Shown: positions 19,262 to 29,488 of the stretch, piece by piece
Layout of the letters: each line of letters begins with the position of its first letter
Numbering within the stretch: the first letter of the stretch is position 1
Assembly (NCBI GenBank): GCA_041674405.1
Contig: JBAYVT010000002.1
Span: forward strand, 1 to 32,000
Direction of reading: 5' to 3'
From: Patescibacteria group bacterium
GTDB taxonomy: Bacteria > Patescibacteriota > UBA1384 > XYA2-FULL-43-10
DNA: 32,000 nucleotides
The notes under the pieces: model-generated
Seen by the model: the letters and a program-made list of their open reading frames with translations, nothing else
What the model was told of the DNA's origin: nothing
Databases searched by the model: none
Made by a program: the position numbers and the translations under genes

Positions 19262-19545
19262 GGAGGTTTTGCCAATGATAAGAGGGGTCAAGGTCTGGGG
19301 GTCACCTGGACAGCCCAACCCGCAGATCTCGCGAACCCGTCCCCCTAGACAGTACAGGCTACGAACACAATGGGGAAAGCGCTCGAACCGACGAAAAACA
19401 ACAATCCCATCATCTGGTTCTTTCGTCCCTGTTGAAGCCCTGCCCACCGGTATGGTCCGCCTGTCTTTCTAGACACGAATCCCCAACACAAACGTGGCCA
19501 TCCCCGGCCGCAAGAACCGACCTGTTGGCACATACCCCCGCTGCA
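19262..19545 (-). other. GC-rich unassigned segment upstream of 16S (candidate ncRNA or orphan small ORF)
   Basis: Sharp GC increase; short overlapping ORFs only; possible promoter TTGTGG-17-TATAAT upstream on the minus strand at about 19560-19600. Confidence 0.3.
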
Positions 19546-19635
19546 GGTTAGTTTTTTTGTTAGTTGGGCAAACTATTATAATCATTGTCAATATTATCCA
19601 CAATAATTTGCTAGTTTCACACTATATTTTTCTGC

Positions 19636-19679
19636 AAACGTATTAAAACCTCCACGATCGTGGAGGTTTTAATACGTTT
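19636..19679. terminator. 44-bp perfect palindrome AAACGTATTAAAACCTCCACGATCGTGGAGGTTTTAATACGTTT (bidirectional terminator)
   Basis: Exact self-reverse-complement with T tract on the plus side; 3' of the malic enzyme gene. Confidence 0.8.
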
Positions 19680-19721
19680 TTTGATAATTTTAATATAGTT
19701 TCTTAAAAAGAAAAAAGGGGA

Positions 19722-20900
19722 CTATTTACAAGCCGGCCGTATTGAACCCTCTTTTATCGCCTCTTTTCTTACTGCTTCTGCCACAGCTTTAGCGACTTTT
19801 TTATCGATTGGGTTGGGAAGAATTTTATCAATGGCTGGAGACTCGACGTAACTTGCCAGTGACATCGCCGCAGCATTCAGCATTCCGGGAGTTATTTTTA
19901 TTGCTTTGGCATCGAGTGCGCCGCGGAAAATCCCCGGGAACGCAAGAACATTATTGACCTGATTTGGATAGTCCGATCTTCCAGTGGCCACAATTTTTGC
20001 TCCGGCCTTCTTTGCCTCAACCGGATCAATTTCCGGTACAGGGTTAGCCAAAGCAAAGATGATTGGATTATTGGCCATCTTTTTAACCATTGTGGCCTTG
20101 AGTACATTGCCCACAGATAAACCGATAAAAACATCCGCTCCGCAAATGATTTTATCCAGATCACCACAGATGTTCCCCTCGTTGATTATATGATTCAAAT
20201 CCTCTTTGTATTCGTCTAGGTCTTTGCGATTTCTGCATACAGCCCCCTTTGAATCCAGGGTGATGATATTGGCTTTGCCCTTTGTAAATTCGTCGATTGC
20301 TAGAGCGACGGCATGGCCGGCGGCGCCAACGCCATTGATTACGATCATGCAATTTTCCAATTTTTTTCCAATAACTTTTGCTGCATTTATTAATCCTGCC
20401 AACACAACAACGGCTGTACCGTGCTGGTCGTCATGCATCACCGGAATTCCTAGATTCTGCAATTTTTTCTCAATTTCAAAGCATCTTGGCGCTGAAATAT
20501 CTTCCAGATTTATGCCGCCAAAGGATGGCGCTAAATATTTTACAGCTTTGACAATTTCATCAGTGTCTTGCGTGTCAAGACAAATTGGAATGGCATCCAC
20601 TCCTGCAAATTCTTTAAAGAGTATCGCCTTTCCCGCCATTACCGGCTGTGCCGCTTCCGGACCGATGTTACCAAGCCCAAGAACTGCCGATCCGTCTGTC
20701 ACGACTGCAACAAAATTGCTTCGAGAGGTATATTCCCAAATTTTACATTCATTTTTTGCGATTTCCGAAGATACTGCGGCAATGCCCGGTGTGTAGAAAA
20801 TCGCCAAGTCTTCGGCATCTTCGATCTTCGCTTTGCTTTTAATCTCGATTTTACCTGCAAGCTTCCGATGTTTTTTTAGTGATTCTTTTCCAAAGTTCAT
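19722..20900 (-). CDS. NAD(P)-dependent malic enzyme
   Basis: YTPGIAAVSSEI...VTDGSAVLGLGNIGPEAAQPVMAGKAILFKEFAGVDAIPICL...HDDQHGTAVVVLAGL...ATGRSDYPNQVNNVLAFPGIFRGAL. Confidence 0.96.
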   Translation of the reverse strand: MNFGKESLKKHRKLAGKIEIKSKAKIEDAEDLAIFYTPGIAAVSSEIAKNECKIWEYTSRSNFVAVVTDGSAVLGLGNIGPEAAQPVMAGKAILFKEFAGVDAIPICLDTQDTDEIVKAVKYLAPSFGGINLEDISAPRCFEIEKKLQNLGIPVMHDDQHGTAVVVLAGLINAAKVIGKKLENCMIVINGVGAAGHAVALAIDEFTKGKANIITLDSKGAVCRNRKDLDEYKEDLNHIINEGNICGDLDKIICGADVFIGLSVGNVLKATMVKKMANNPIIFALANPVPEIDPVEAKKAGAKIVATGRSDYPNQVNNVLAFPGIFRGALDAKAIKITPGMLNAAAMSLASYVESPAIDKILPNPIDKKVAKAVAEAVRKEAIKEGSIRPACK

Positions 20901-20903
20901 GGT

Positions 20904-21875
20904 TCATCCTATTATTTCAGATTTAGATTCAAATATCTTTGTGATTATTTCTTCAATTTCCTGCTCTGTGATTGTAATATTGTCCGGTGAGAATAAGCTG
21001 AAAACGTCTTGGGCAAGTTTGCCTATCTCATCTTTTTTCGCGCTTATTGTGCCAACATTATTAAATATATTTTTTTTGCACTTAAGCGAGGCAAATTTCT
21101 TTTTTTCATCAACGCTCGAGAGCGTAATATTTATGCATTTTTCCGGCGCATATTTATCCCTCAAAACCGACAGGCCTCCATCATATATTTTCATACCCGA
21201 ATTAATGATTATGACCCGTTTACACAACTCTTCAATATCTCCCATATAGTGGCTGGTCAATATCATCGTCGTCTTTTTTTCTTTGTTAATTTTTGAGAGG
21301 AAGCTTCTAATTGCTTTTGCTGAAATTACATCAAGCCCAATTGTCGGTTCATCCAGAAATATCACTTTGGGATCGTGAAGCAAAGACGCAGCCAATTCGC
21401 ACTTCATTCGTTCGCCAAGAGACATGCTTCGAAGCCGATTATTAACTATACTCCCCATGTCCATGGTATCAATCAAAAGTTCAAGGTTTTTTTTATATCT
21501 CAAGTTGGATATTCCATATACCTCTTTAAGCATTTTAAAAGAATCAATAGCGGGCAAGTCCCACCACAACTGATTTTTCTGTCCCATAACTATTGATATT
21601 TGGCGCAGATAATTATATTTTCTCTCCCATGGAACATAACCCAATACTTTGGCTTCTCCGGATGTGGGATGAATTATTCCGGATAATATCTTTAAAAATG
21701 TTGTCTTTCCTGCTCCGTTCGGCCCGAGAAATCCAATAAACTCCCCTTCCTCAATCGAAACTGCCAAATCTTTTACCGCTTCTTTAATTTCTTTATCCGG
21801 ATGGAAAACATCGCCAAAATTAAATCGGGTTTTGACAAAATTTTTGCATATATTTTTTGATTCGATTATTGGCAT
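20904..21875 (-). CDS. ABC transporter ATP-binding protein (COG4586-like, ABC-2 type)
   Basis: Walker A GPNGAGKTT, signature SLGERMKCE, Walker B VIFLDEPTIGLD. Start MPIIESKNICK follows the upstream stop codon closely. Confidence 0.93.
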   Translation of the reverse strand: MPIIESKNICKNFVKTRFNFGDVFHPDKEIKEAVKDLAVSIEEGEFIGFLGPNGAGKTTFLKILSGIIHPTSGEAKVLGYVPWERKYNYLRQISIVMGQKNQLWWDLPAIDSFKMLKEVYGISNLRYKKNLELLIDTMDMGSIVNNRLRSMSLGERMKCELAASLLHDPKVIFLDEPTIGLDVISAKAIRSFLSKINKEKKTTMILTSHYMGDIEELCKRVIIINSGMKIYDGGLSVLRDKYAPEKCINITLSSVDEKKKFASLKCKKNIFNNVGTISAKKDEIGKLAQDVFSLFSPDNITITEQEIEEIITKIFESKSEIIG

Positions 21876-21876
21876 A

Positions 21877-22668
21877 CTAGCTCGATGCGCTCCCATAATG
21901 TTTAAGCCCTGCCTTCCAAACCAATGAAACGATAATTCCAAATACCAATGTAATCGCGAACATAAATATAATATACAACGTACGTGGCGGATAAAACAGG
22001 GTAGCGACGGGAACATAAGAAACCGTCAAAATTGGCACCAGCACCATTAGAAGGAATTTCAGATAAAGCGGAAAGATATTGACGGGATATCTCATAAATT
22101 GAGATAAGCGGTTTAAAATATCCGTCAAAGACCAAAGTTTGATAAACCAAAAAGCCGGAACAACAGTAATAATTTGGATGAAATAATACAGAAGCAACGC
22201 ACAAACGAACAAAGCAATAAACCATATTAAGTTCGTAAAGCCAATGGCAATTCCCGATTTCATTGCAGCATAGAATACTAGCGGTACCGAGAAAAACAAA
22301 TTAATAAATTCATATATTTCCGGCTTGCTTATCGAAACCAAGATGAGCGGATTGACCGGTTTTGCCAAATAAAAATCCAGATCCCCCATCCGGACTAGGT
22401 CTCGGCCAATGGTTTGTACGCCTCGGCGATACCAAATCGTGCTGACAGTAATAATGATTTTCGAAAAAGCAAAGAGGAATAATACCTGATAAAAATTCCA
22501 ATCCCCAAGACTTTTAACGTTTGCAAAAATCACTCCGAAAAAGACAATTGAAAAAAATAAATCAGATACCTGAAACAAAACCGAGGAAATGATATATCCG
22601 TTAATCTTAAGATCCCTGATAAGCGAATTTCGGAACAATATTACATTTATTTTCAAATATTTCATCAT
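21877..22668 (-). CDS. ABC-2 type transporter permease
   Basis: 263-aa polytopic protein adjacent to the ATPase and a second permease. Confidence 0.85.
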   Translation of the reverse strand: MMKYLKINVILFRNSLIRDLKINGYIISSVLFQVSDLFFSIVFFGVIFANVKSLGDWNFYQVLFLFAFSKIIITVSTIWYRRGVQTIGRDLVRMGDLDFYLAKPVNPLILVSISKPEIYEFINLFFSVPLVFYAAMKSGIAIGFTNLIWFIALFVCALLLYYFIQIITVVPAFWFIKLWSLTDILNRLSQFMRYPVNIFPLYLKFLLMVLVPILTVSYVPVATLFYPPRTLYIIFMFAITLVFGIIVSLVWKAGLKHYGSASS

Positions 22669-23456
22669 CTGCCTACCCCCGTGTATCGTTTAAGTCCGCC
22701 TCGGTAGACAAGGTAGAAAATAAAATACAAAATCAAAATCCAAATGATCATTTGGGCCCAGCTCGAAAATAACTCTGTAATTGTAAATTTACCCAGAAAA
22801 ACCCTTGAGGGAAAATCGAACAAAAATCTCGCCGGTAAAACATTTATCCACTTCAACGCGGCAGGCAAAAAAGCTAAAGGAAAAAGCCCTCCACCAATCA
22901 TAGAAATGATCCAGTTGGCTAGACCTTTATTTGCCCGCTGATCGCCAAAATAAAAAGTCAGTGATTGAATAATTAAATTGATCAATAAATTCATGGCAAA
23001 ACCAATGATTATGGTTATAACAAAAAACACAATGTTGGCTACTGAAGTAATCAGCAGATAATCATGGGCAAAAATGACAATTAAAGCCAAAAACGGCGCA
23101 AAAATAATTAAAGAGAGAAGAACATCAGCAGCAGTTGATAAAAGATATGAGGCGATTACATTCCATGGGCGCACAAGCATGTTTGTAAAAAAACCATTCC
23201 AGATATCTTCTCCCAGATACAAAGAATCTGTTACCTCTATCCGGTAAATAAATGAGGTAATCAAATAATAGGTGACCGTGCTTTTTAGTGAATAGCTCGC
23301 AATTTCGGCAGTCCCGGCAGTTGCATAAACCGATTTCCAAACAAGAAAGAAAATAATAAAAAAAACCATGTTAAAAAAGATCGACAAAGTAAAATCGGTC
23401 TTGTAGGCGGTGAAGCCTTTAAATTCAGTTAAAAAATGGAAATAATATTTCCTCAT
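22665..23456 (-). CDS. ABC-2 type transporter permease (second subunit)
   Basis: 263-aa polytopic protein; 4-nt overlap with the downstream permease. Confidence 0.85.
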   Translation of the reverse strand: MRKYYFHFLTEFKGFTAYKTDFTLSIFFNMVFFIIFFLVWKSVYATAGTAEIASYSLKSTVTYYLITSFIYRIEVTDSLYLGEDIWNGFFTNMLVRPWNVIASYLLSTAADVLLSLIIFAPFLALIVIFAHDYLLITSVANIVFFVITIIIGFAMNLLINLIIQSLTFYFGDQRANKGLANWIISMIGGGLFPLAFLPAALKWINVLPARFLFDFPSRVFLGKFTITELFSSWAQMIIWILILYFIFYLVYRGGLKRYTGVGR

Positions 23457-23550
23457 ATTATCATTTTAGCACTATTAATGAGCTAGATTAATTAAGGTTA
23501 GCAAAAGATTAACTTGCCAATGCCGACGACTCCAACATCATAATCTAGCT

Positions 23551-24495
23551 TTATTTTTCCCCTTTGCTTTCTTTCGTGCTAGCTGCTTTTGGGATCTCGG
23601 GTTTCTTAAGAGGGGCGGCTGGCTGCAGTTGGACTGGAGATTGGGGAATGTTCACTGGCGCCGTTTGCTGTTTCTGGCCGGGCAAAAATGCAGAGACGAT
23701 AATCAGGATAAGCCCAACTGCAAATAAACCCCCGCCTTCGGCCAAATAGAAAATGAAAAAATCAGACCTAAATTTATTATAAAGATCCTGTACTAGACTG
23801 GCAAATTCTTTAATTTCAGTCATTCCGAGATTTGGCGTTGGTATATATCTTAATAACAATGATGCAAGCAATGTCAAGATGCCAAAAATCAAAAGGGCGA
23901 TCCCTGGGATTCGCAATTTTCCTTTCCAGTTTGGCCACATTGCTGCCGAAAGGAGCAACAAGAGAGTCACTATTCCCAAATAAAGCGGTGCTGTGACATG
24001 GCGTTTGCCGATGATTTTTTGCGCCTGCTCCAACTCCGGTGGAACTGGGATAACATATTTTTCCTTAATTTGATTGATGAATTCTGAGTCTTGGGATGAA
24101 AGTTTTTGGATAGAGAAAGCCTGTTTGATAAGCGACAAGTCGATCGTCATCGTCTTGCTTCCTTTGTCGAGAACATTATTGAAGATCTCGTTTATGTTGT
24201 TTTCAACAGTAGTTTTGACTATCTCCGGGGAAATCATTGACATTACATGGGCTATATATTCATCACTTTGAGGTCCAGAATCCATGTTTTGATCCCCACC
24301 TTCCTTTTGTGCCAGATAATTCGTGATGGTGCGTGGATCAATTTTCATTAAACGGTTATAAAAATCAACCTTTTCGAATGCGTTTTTATAGTATGTAGGA
24401 CTTAATATTGTCCGCTCGGAATTAAAATAAAACAGTGCTGCCGGAAAAGTCAGGATAAATATAACCAAGAGCAAAATCGATAGAAATTTACGCAT
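23551..24495 (-). CDS. Polytopic/anchored membrane protein of unknown function
   Basis: N-terminal TM FLSILLLVIFILTFPAALFYF; three C-terminal TMs; P/Q-rich tail. Confidence 0.75.
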   Translation of the reverse strand: MRKFLSILLLVIFILTFPAALFYFNSERTILSPTYYKNAFEKVDFYNRLMKIDPRTITNYLAQKEGGDQNMDSGPQSDEYIAHVMSMISPEIVKTTVENNINEIFNNVLDKGSKTMTIDLSLIKQAFSIQKLSSQDSEFINQIKEKYVIPVPPELEQAQKIIGKRHVTAPLYLGIVTLLLLLSAAMWPNWKGKLRIPGIALLIFGILTLLASLLLRYIPTPNLGMTEIKEFASLVQDLYNKFRSDFFIFYLAEGGGLFAVGLILIIVSAFLPGQKQQTAPVNIPQSPVQLQPAAPLKKPEIPKAASTKESKGEK

Positions 24496-24507
24496 AACCC
24501 CTCAACT

Positions 24508-24530
24508 TTCTAGTCCTTAGATAGTAGTCC
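24508..24530. repeat. AGTCCTTAG intergenic repeat copy
   Basis: ctagtccttagatagtagtccttag. Confidence 0.5.
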
Positions 24531-24599
24531 TTAGTCTATTTTATCACTCAGGCTATTTGTTTGCTACATTACAGACTATGAACAACCGGCTTCGGACTC

Positions 24600-24634
24600 G
24601 CACTTAATTCTGGACGCAAGTCCAGATTAAGTGC
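24600..24634 (+). promoter_or_regulatory. Strong hairpin GCACTTAATTCTGGAC-gcaa-GTCCAGATTAAGTGC in the eno upstream region
   Basis: 15 paired bases with one bulge; followed by ACGATCA...TTGATCGT and GCAATCTTT...AAAGATCGC stems before the eno start. Confidence 0.45.
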
Positions 24635-24743
24635 TATATTACCAAAGTGACGATCACATTTTTGATCGTAATTGCGAATCCCGAGCCCGTCGAGGGTGAA
24701 GCAATCTTTGCAAAGATCGCCACGGCTTATAGCCTCGCGATGA

Positions 24744-26051
<1,308 letters not shown>

Positions 26052-26067
26052 CACCGAAAAGGTGACT

Positions 26068-26730
26068 ATGCAGCCACGAGACGATAAATTCATCTACACC
26101 GACGGAATCGACTATTCCAAGACGTCTGCGGATTCCGTTTGGGGAACTGAAGAGAAAATCACGTCGAAAATTATTGACGAAACTGTTACTTCAGGAAAAT
26201 GGCTAAATCTTTGTGCTGGCGATGGACGGTTCAACAATCGCCTTCTTTCACTCGCCAATCAGGTTATCGCAGCAGATATTGATGAAAGCGCATTAGAAAA
26301 ATTGACAAGAATCACGCCAAAAGAGTTGGAAAAAAAACTTAAGACAAAGATACTGAATGTGACCGAGAAATTTCCATTCAAAGATGCGGAGTTTGACGGA
26401 ATATTCTGCTCCGGCACATTACACCTGTTCCCTGAGGATATTCTTCGCAAAATCTTCAATGAAATGGATCGGGTGCTAAAGCCAAATGGTAAAATAGTCA
26501 TTGATTATGCAGCCGATATTCGAAGAGAATACCCGAACGGTTCGCTCTGGGTAATCGAAAACGAGCCCAATTATTCTCTCAAAGACGCCAAAGAATTGCT
26601 TTCAAAAATGTTTTCAAACTATTTAGTGGAAATGTTCGCTGACAAATCAGAGCCAGAAAGAGTGTCGTTTAACAACAAAGAATATCAATTTTCCTCCAAT
26701 TTCATTTTAATCAGAGCACGGAAAAAATGA
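26068..26730 (+). CDS. SAM-dependent methyltransferase (class I)
   Basis: WLNLCAGDGRFNNRLL...VIAADIDESAL...FPFKDAEFDGIFCSGTLHLF...RVLKPNGKIVIDY. The ORF track start at 25900 overlaps eno; AAAAGGTGACTATG gives 26068. Confidence 0.9.
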   Translation: MQPRDDKFIYTDGIDYSKTSADSVWGTEEKITSKIIDETVTSGKWLNLCAGDGRFNNRLLSLANQVIAADIDESALEKLTRITPKELEKKLKTKILNVTEKFPFKDAEFDGIFCSGTLHLFPEDILRKIFNEMDRVLKPNGKIVIDYAADIRREYPNGSLWVIENEPNYSLKDAKELLSKMFSNYLVEMFADKSEPERVSFNNKEYQFSSNFILIRARKK

Positions 26731-28214
26731 CCAAGCCAAAAGTCATTTTAATCATTTTGGATGGGTGGGGAATCGGCGAAAAGGATGAAGATAACGCCAT
26801 TCACCTCGCTAAGACTCCTAATTTCGATAAACTCTGGGAGTCTTTTTCTCATGGCAAGATAAAGACCTCCGGCGTTGCTGTTGGTTTGCCGGCAGGGCAA
26901 ATGGGCAATTCCGAAGTAGGCCACCTAACTATCGGCTCCGGTAGAGTAATTGATACTGATCTTGTCAAAATTTCTAAATCGGCAGAAAGAGGAGAGTTCT
27001 CCGCAAATCACGCATTTAAATCCGTATTTGACCATGTGAAAAAGTATGATAGCATCTTACACATTCAAGGTTTGATCGGTCCAGGTGGCGTTCATTCTCA
27101 TTCCAACCATTTACTTGCAATCCTCAAGGCAGCAAAAGCTACGGGCATTGAAAAAATTGCACTCCATGCATTTACCGATGGCCGCGACACAGACGCCAAA
27201 AGTGCGAACAAATATCTAAAAGAGTTAGAAAATGCTATTGAGGAAATCGGCGTTGGCTTTATAGCTACGGCAGTCGGCCGGTTTTATGCCATGGATCGCG
27301 ATGATAATTGGGATCGTTTGAAAGTTGCCGAGGATGCGATCTTCGGCGGAGTTGCAAAAACGGTTGTCCGTAAAAAACCATCCGAAATTATGGAGGAATT
27401 ATATGAATCAGGCATCACCGATGAACATATCGAACCGCACATTTTTCTAGATGAAAAAGGCAATGGTTATAAAATTGGAAAAAATGACGGTGTCATATTT
27501 ATTAATTTCCGCGCTGATAGAGCCAGAATGTTTTCGAAAAAAATTCTCGAAAAACAGGAGGAACTCAATCTGTTTTTTGTCACTATGACTGACTACGGCA
27601 AAGATATTGATAGCGTCATCGCTTTCCCGCCAGATAACATTGAAGATACTTTGGCCGATATTATTTCTGAAAATAATCTTACCCAATCTCACATTGCTGA
27701 GACCGAAAAATTTGCGCATGCAACCTATTTTCTAAACGGCGGCGTCGAAGATGAACACAAAGACGAAAAGTTTATTCTGATCGAGAGCCGCAAAGATATA
27801 AAAACCCATGACCTTGCTCCCGGCATGCGAGCTTCTGAAATTGCTGATACAACCGTCGAAGAAATTCAGAAGGGGAGAGATTTTATCTTCGTAAACTTCG
27901 CCAATCCCGACATGGTCGGCCACACAGCGGTAAAAAAAGCGGTTATTGAAGCAATTGAGACAACCGACCGAGAGCTCGGAAAACTGGTAGAGACAGCACA
28001 AGAAAAAAAGTATGAGATCGTCATATCCGCCGATCATGGAAATGCCGAAGCTCCCGATACTGCCCACACTGTGAATCCCGTCCCCTTGATCTATATTGGC
28101 GAAAAGTATTCTAAAGTATCTAATGGCGCCCTTTCCGACATTGCGCCAACAGTTCTTCAACTTCTCGAAATCAATAAGCCCTCGCGTATGACCGGTAAGG
28201 GCTTATTGAATTAA
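26727..28214 (+). CDS. gpmI: 2,3-bisphosphoglycerate-independent phosphoglycerate mutase
   Basis: VILIILDGWGIG, GLPAGQMGNSEVGHLTIGSGRV, DGRDTDAKSA, NFANPDMVGHTA, ISADHGNAE. Confidence 0.98.
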   Translation: MTKPKVILIILDGWGIGEKDEDNAIHLAKTPNFDKLWESFSHGKIKTSGVAVGLPAGQMGNSEVGHLTIGSGRVIDTDLVKISKSAERGEFSANHAFKSVFDHVKKYDSILHIQGLIGPGGVHSHSNHLLAILKAAKATGIEKIALHAFTDGRDTDAKSANKYLKELENAIEEIGVGFIATAVGRFYAMDRDDNWDRLKVAEDAIFGGVAKTVVRKKPSEIMEELYESGITDEHIEPHIFLDEKGNGYKIGKNDGVIFINFRADRARMFSKKILEKQEELNLFFVTMTDYGKDIDSVIAFPPDNIEDTLADIISENNLTQSHIAETEKFAHATYFLNGGVEDEHKDEKFILIESRKDIKTHDLAPGMRASEIADTTVEEIQKGRDFIFVNFANPDMVGHTAVKKAVIEAIETTDRELGKLVETAQEKKYEIVISADHGNAEAPDTAHTVNPVPLIYIGEKYSKVSNGALSDIAPTVLQLLEINKPSRMTGKGLLN

Positions 28215-28226
28215 CTATCTCAAGAA

Positions 28227-28397
28227 TTATTCTACCTGCTTATTTGCGGCTTTTTTCTCCTGGCAACCGCAGGTGCAATCCGGGCCACATGTACAACAAT
28301 GGATACATGTAGGCTCTTCATGACACGAACATTTTGCATTCTCATCTAGAGGCATACCGCATGCCACACACTTTTCCGGTTCACTAGATTCTGACAT
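28227..28397 (-). CDS. 56-aa cysteine-rich protein (MSESSEPEKCVACGMPLDENAKCSCHEEPTCIHCCTCGPDCTCGCQEKKAANKQVE)
   Basis: Not in the ORF track (under 60 aa); AAAGGAGaaatATG Shine-Dalgarno; 11 cysteines, metallothionein/zinc-binding-like. Confidence 0.8.
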   Translation of the reverse strand: MSESSEPEKCVACGMPLDENAKCSCHEEPTCIHCCTCGPDCTCGCQEKKAANKQVE

Positions 28398-28409
28398 ATT
28401 TCTCCTTTA

Positions 28410-28473
28410 CCCCGAGCGAAGTCGAGGGGTTTGCCCCGAGCCTGCCTGCCGACAGGCAGGTAAAATCGAGGGG
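28410..28473. repeat. Two copies of CCCCGAGC...TCGAGGGG inverted repeat; the second is interrupted by the palindrome CCTGCCTG-CCGA-CAGGCAGG
   Basis: First copy 28410-28429 (ccccgagcgaagtcgagggg); second 28434-28473 with the insert at 28441-28460. Confidence 0.8.
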
Positions 28474-28497
28474 TTTTTAATTGCGACTTAATTTTAT

Positions 28498-28857
28498 CTA
28501 ATTCCGCAAGAAAAAACCACGGCAATTCTCACTACCGCAATTGCATGGCATCTTTTCTCCGCCCTGTTCTGTTTTATTGTAATCACAAGTAATTTCATCA
28601 CCGGTGGAAATTGGTTTTAAGGCATTTAGACAAACTTCATCTCCAAGAATCAGTTCCGCTTTCGGATCGCAAGAATGGTTCATATAGTTCAAAATTTCCG
28701 GATCGTCTACAAATTTATTTTTACCAATTTTTGCGTATCCAGACTTTGGTTTCGAATGAATATTATCCATCGGCACATCATAAAATTTTTTTCCAGCAGC
28801 AATATTCTCTGTCGCAAAAATTCCAATGCCATGGATTTTACTTTGAGCTTTTTTCAT
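28498..28857 (-). CDS. SET domain-containing protein
   Basis: IHGIGIFATENIAAGKKF...DDPEILNYMNHSCDPKAEL...ISTGDEITCDY...MPCNCGSENCRGFF (SET plus post-SET Cys cluster). Confidence 0.92.
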   Translation of the reverse strand: MKKAQSKIHGIGIFATENIAAGKKFYDVPMDNIHSKPKSGYAKIGKNKFVDDPEILNYMNHSCDPKAELILGDEVCLNALKPISTGDEITCDYNKTEQGGEKMPCNCGSENCRGFFLRN

Positions 28858-29488
28858 CGATAAGCCGTTCTGTATATCCTGAATCAATTAATTCGCGAAA
28901 AGCTTTCAGGACCTTGTTGGGTACATCCTGATAAATCTGAAAACCCATTTTGGGATATTCGATTATCCTCTGCAAATCACCAACCATAATATTTATGAGA
29001 TAATCTTGCGGATAATTTTCGTCAGCATAATCAATAAAGTCAATTTTGGGCGAAGTTACCACAAATTCCTTTCCAGGCCATTGCTTTGCAAATGTAGCGT
29101 AAGTTCTACGTTCCATATAAGGCTTCTGAACAATGATGAATGAATCAATCTTCAAATTCTTTTTGTCCAATAATTTCCGAGTGAACTGAATATTCTCGCC
29201 AGTGTTGGTAGATTTGTTTTCGATAATAATCTTGTCTTTCGAAACTCCCATGCCAATAGCGATGTCGGCAAAAATTTCTGCTTCAGATTTTTCAAAAGAC
29301 CGCACGCCGTGACTACCTGAGAATATTAGCAAAGGAGCATATTTATCAAGAAACAGATCGGCGGCTCTTTTGGCTACACGTTTGTCATGAGACCCCAAAG
29401 CCAAAATAGCGTCAGCTTTTTTAAGCTTCTGATTCATCAACATGTAATCCCAAATTATTTGGGCATTCTCGATAATTTCTGCAGGCAT
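28838..29488 (-). CDS. YdcF/DUF218 family protein
   Basis: ADAILALGSHDKRVAKRAADLF...LLIFSGSHG...IIIENKSTNTGENIQFTRKLL. Confidence 0.85.
   Translation of the reverse strand: MPAEIIENAQIIWDYMLMNQKLKKADAILALGSHDKRVAKRAADLFLDKYAPLLIFSGSHGVRSFEKSEAEIFADIAIGMGVSKDKIIIENKSTNTGENIQFTRKLLDKKNLKIDSFIIVQKPYMERRTYATFAKQWPGKEFVVTSPKIDFIDYADENYPQDYLINIMVGDLQRIIEYPKMGFQIYQDVPNKVLKAFRELIDSGYTERLIDEKSSK

Noticed and set aside
19262-19545. RNase P RNA, SRP RNA or tmRNA
   Set aside because: None of the conserved core sequences (GAGGAAAGTCC, ACAGAAA, GGTGCC..GGAAGCAGC, GGTTCGA...CCACCA) is present on either strand.
20206-20796. 196-aa plus-strand ORF
   Set aside because: Antisense to the highly conserved malic enzyme coding sequence.
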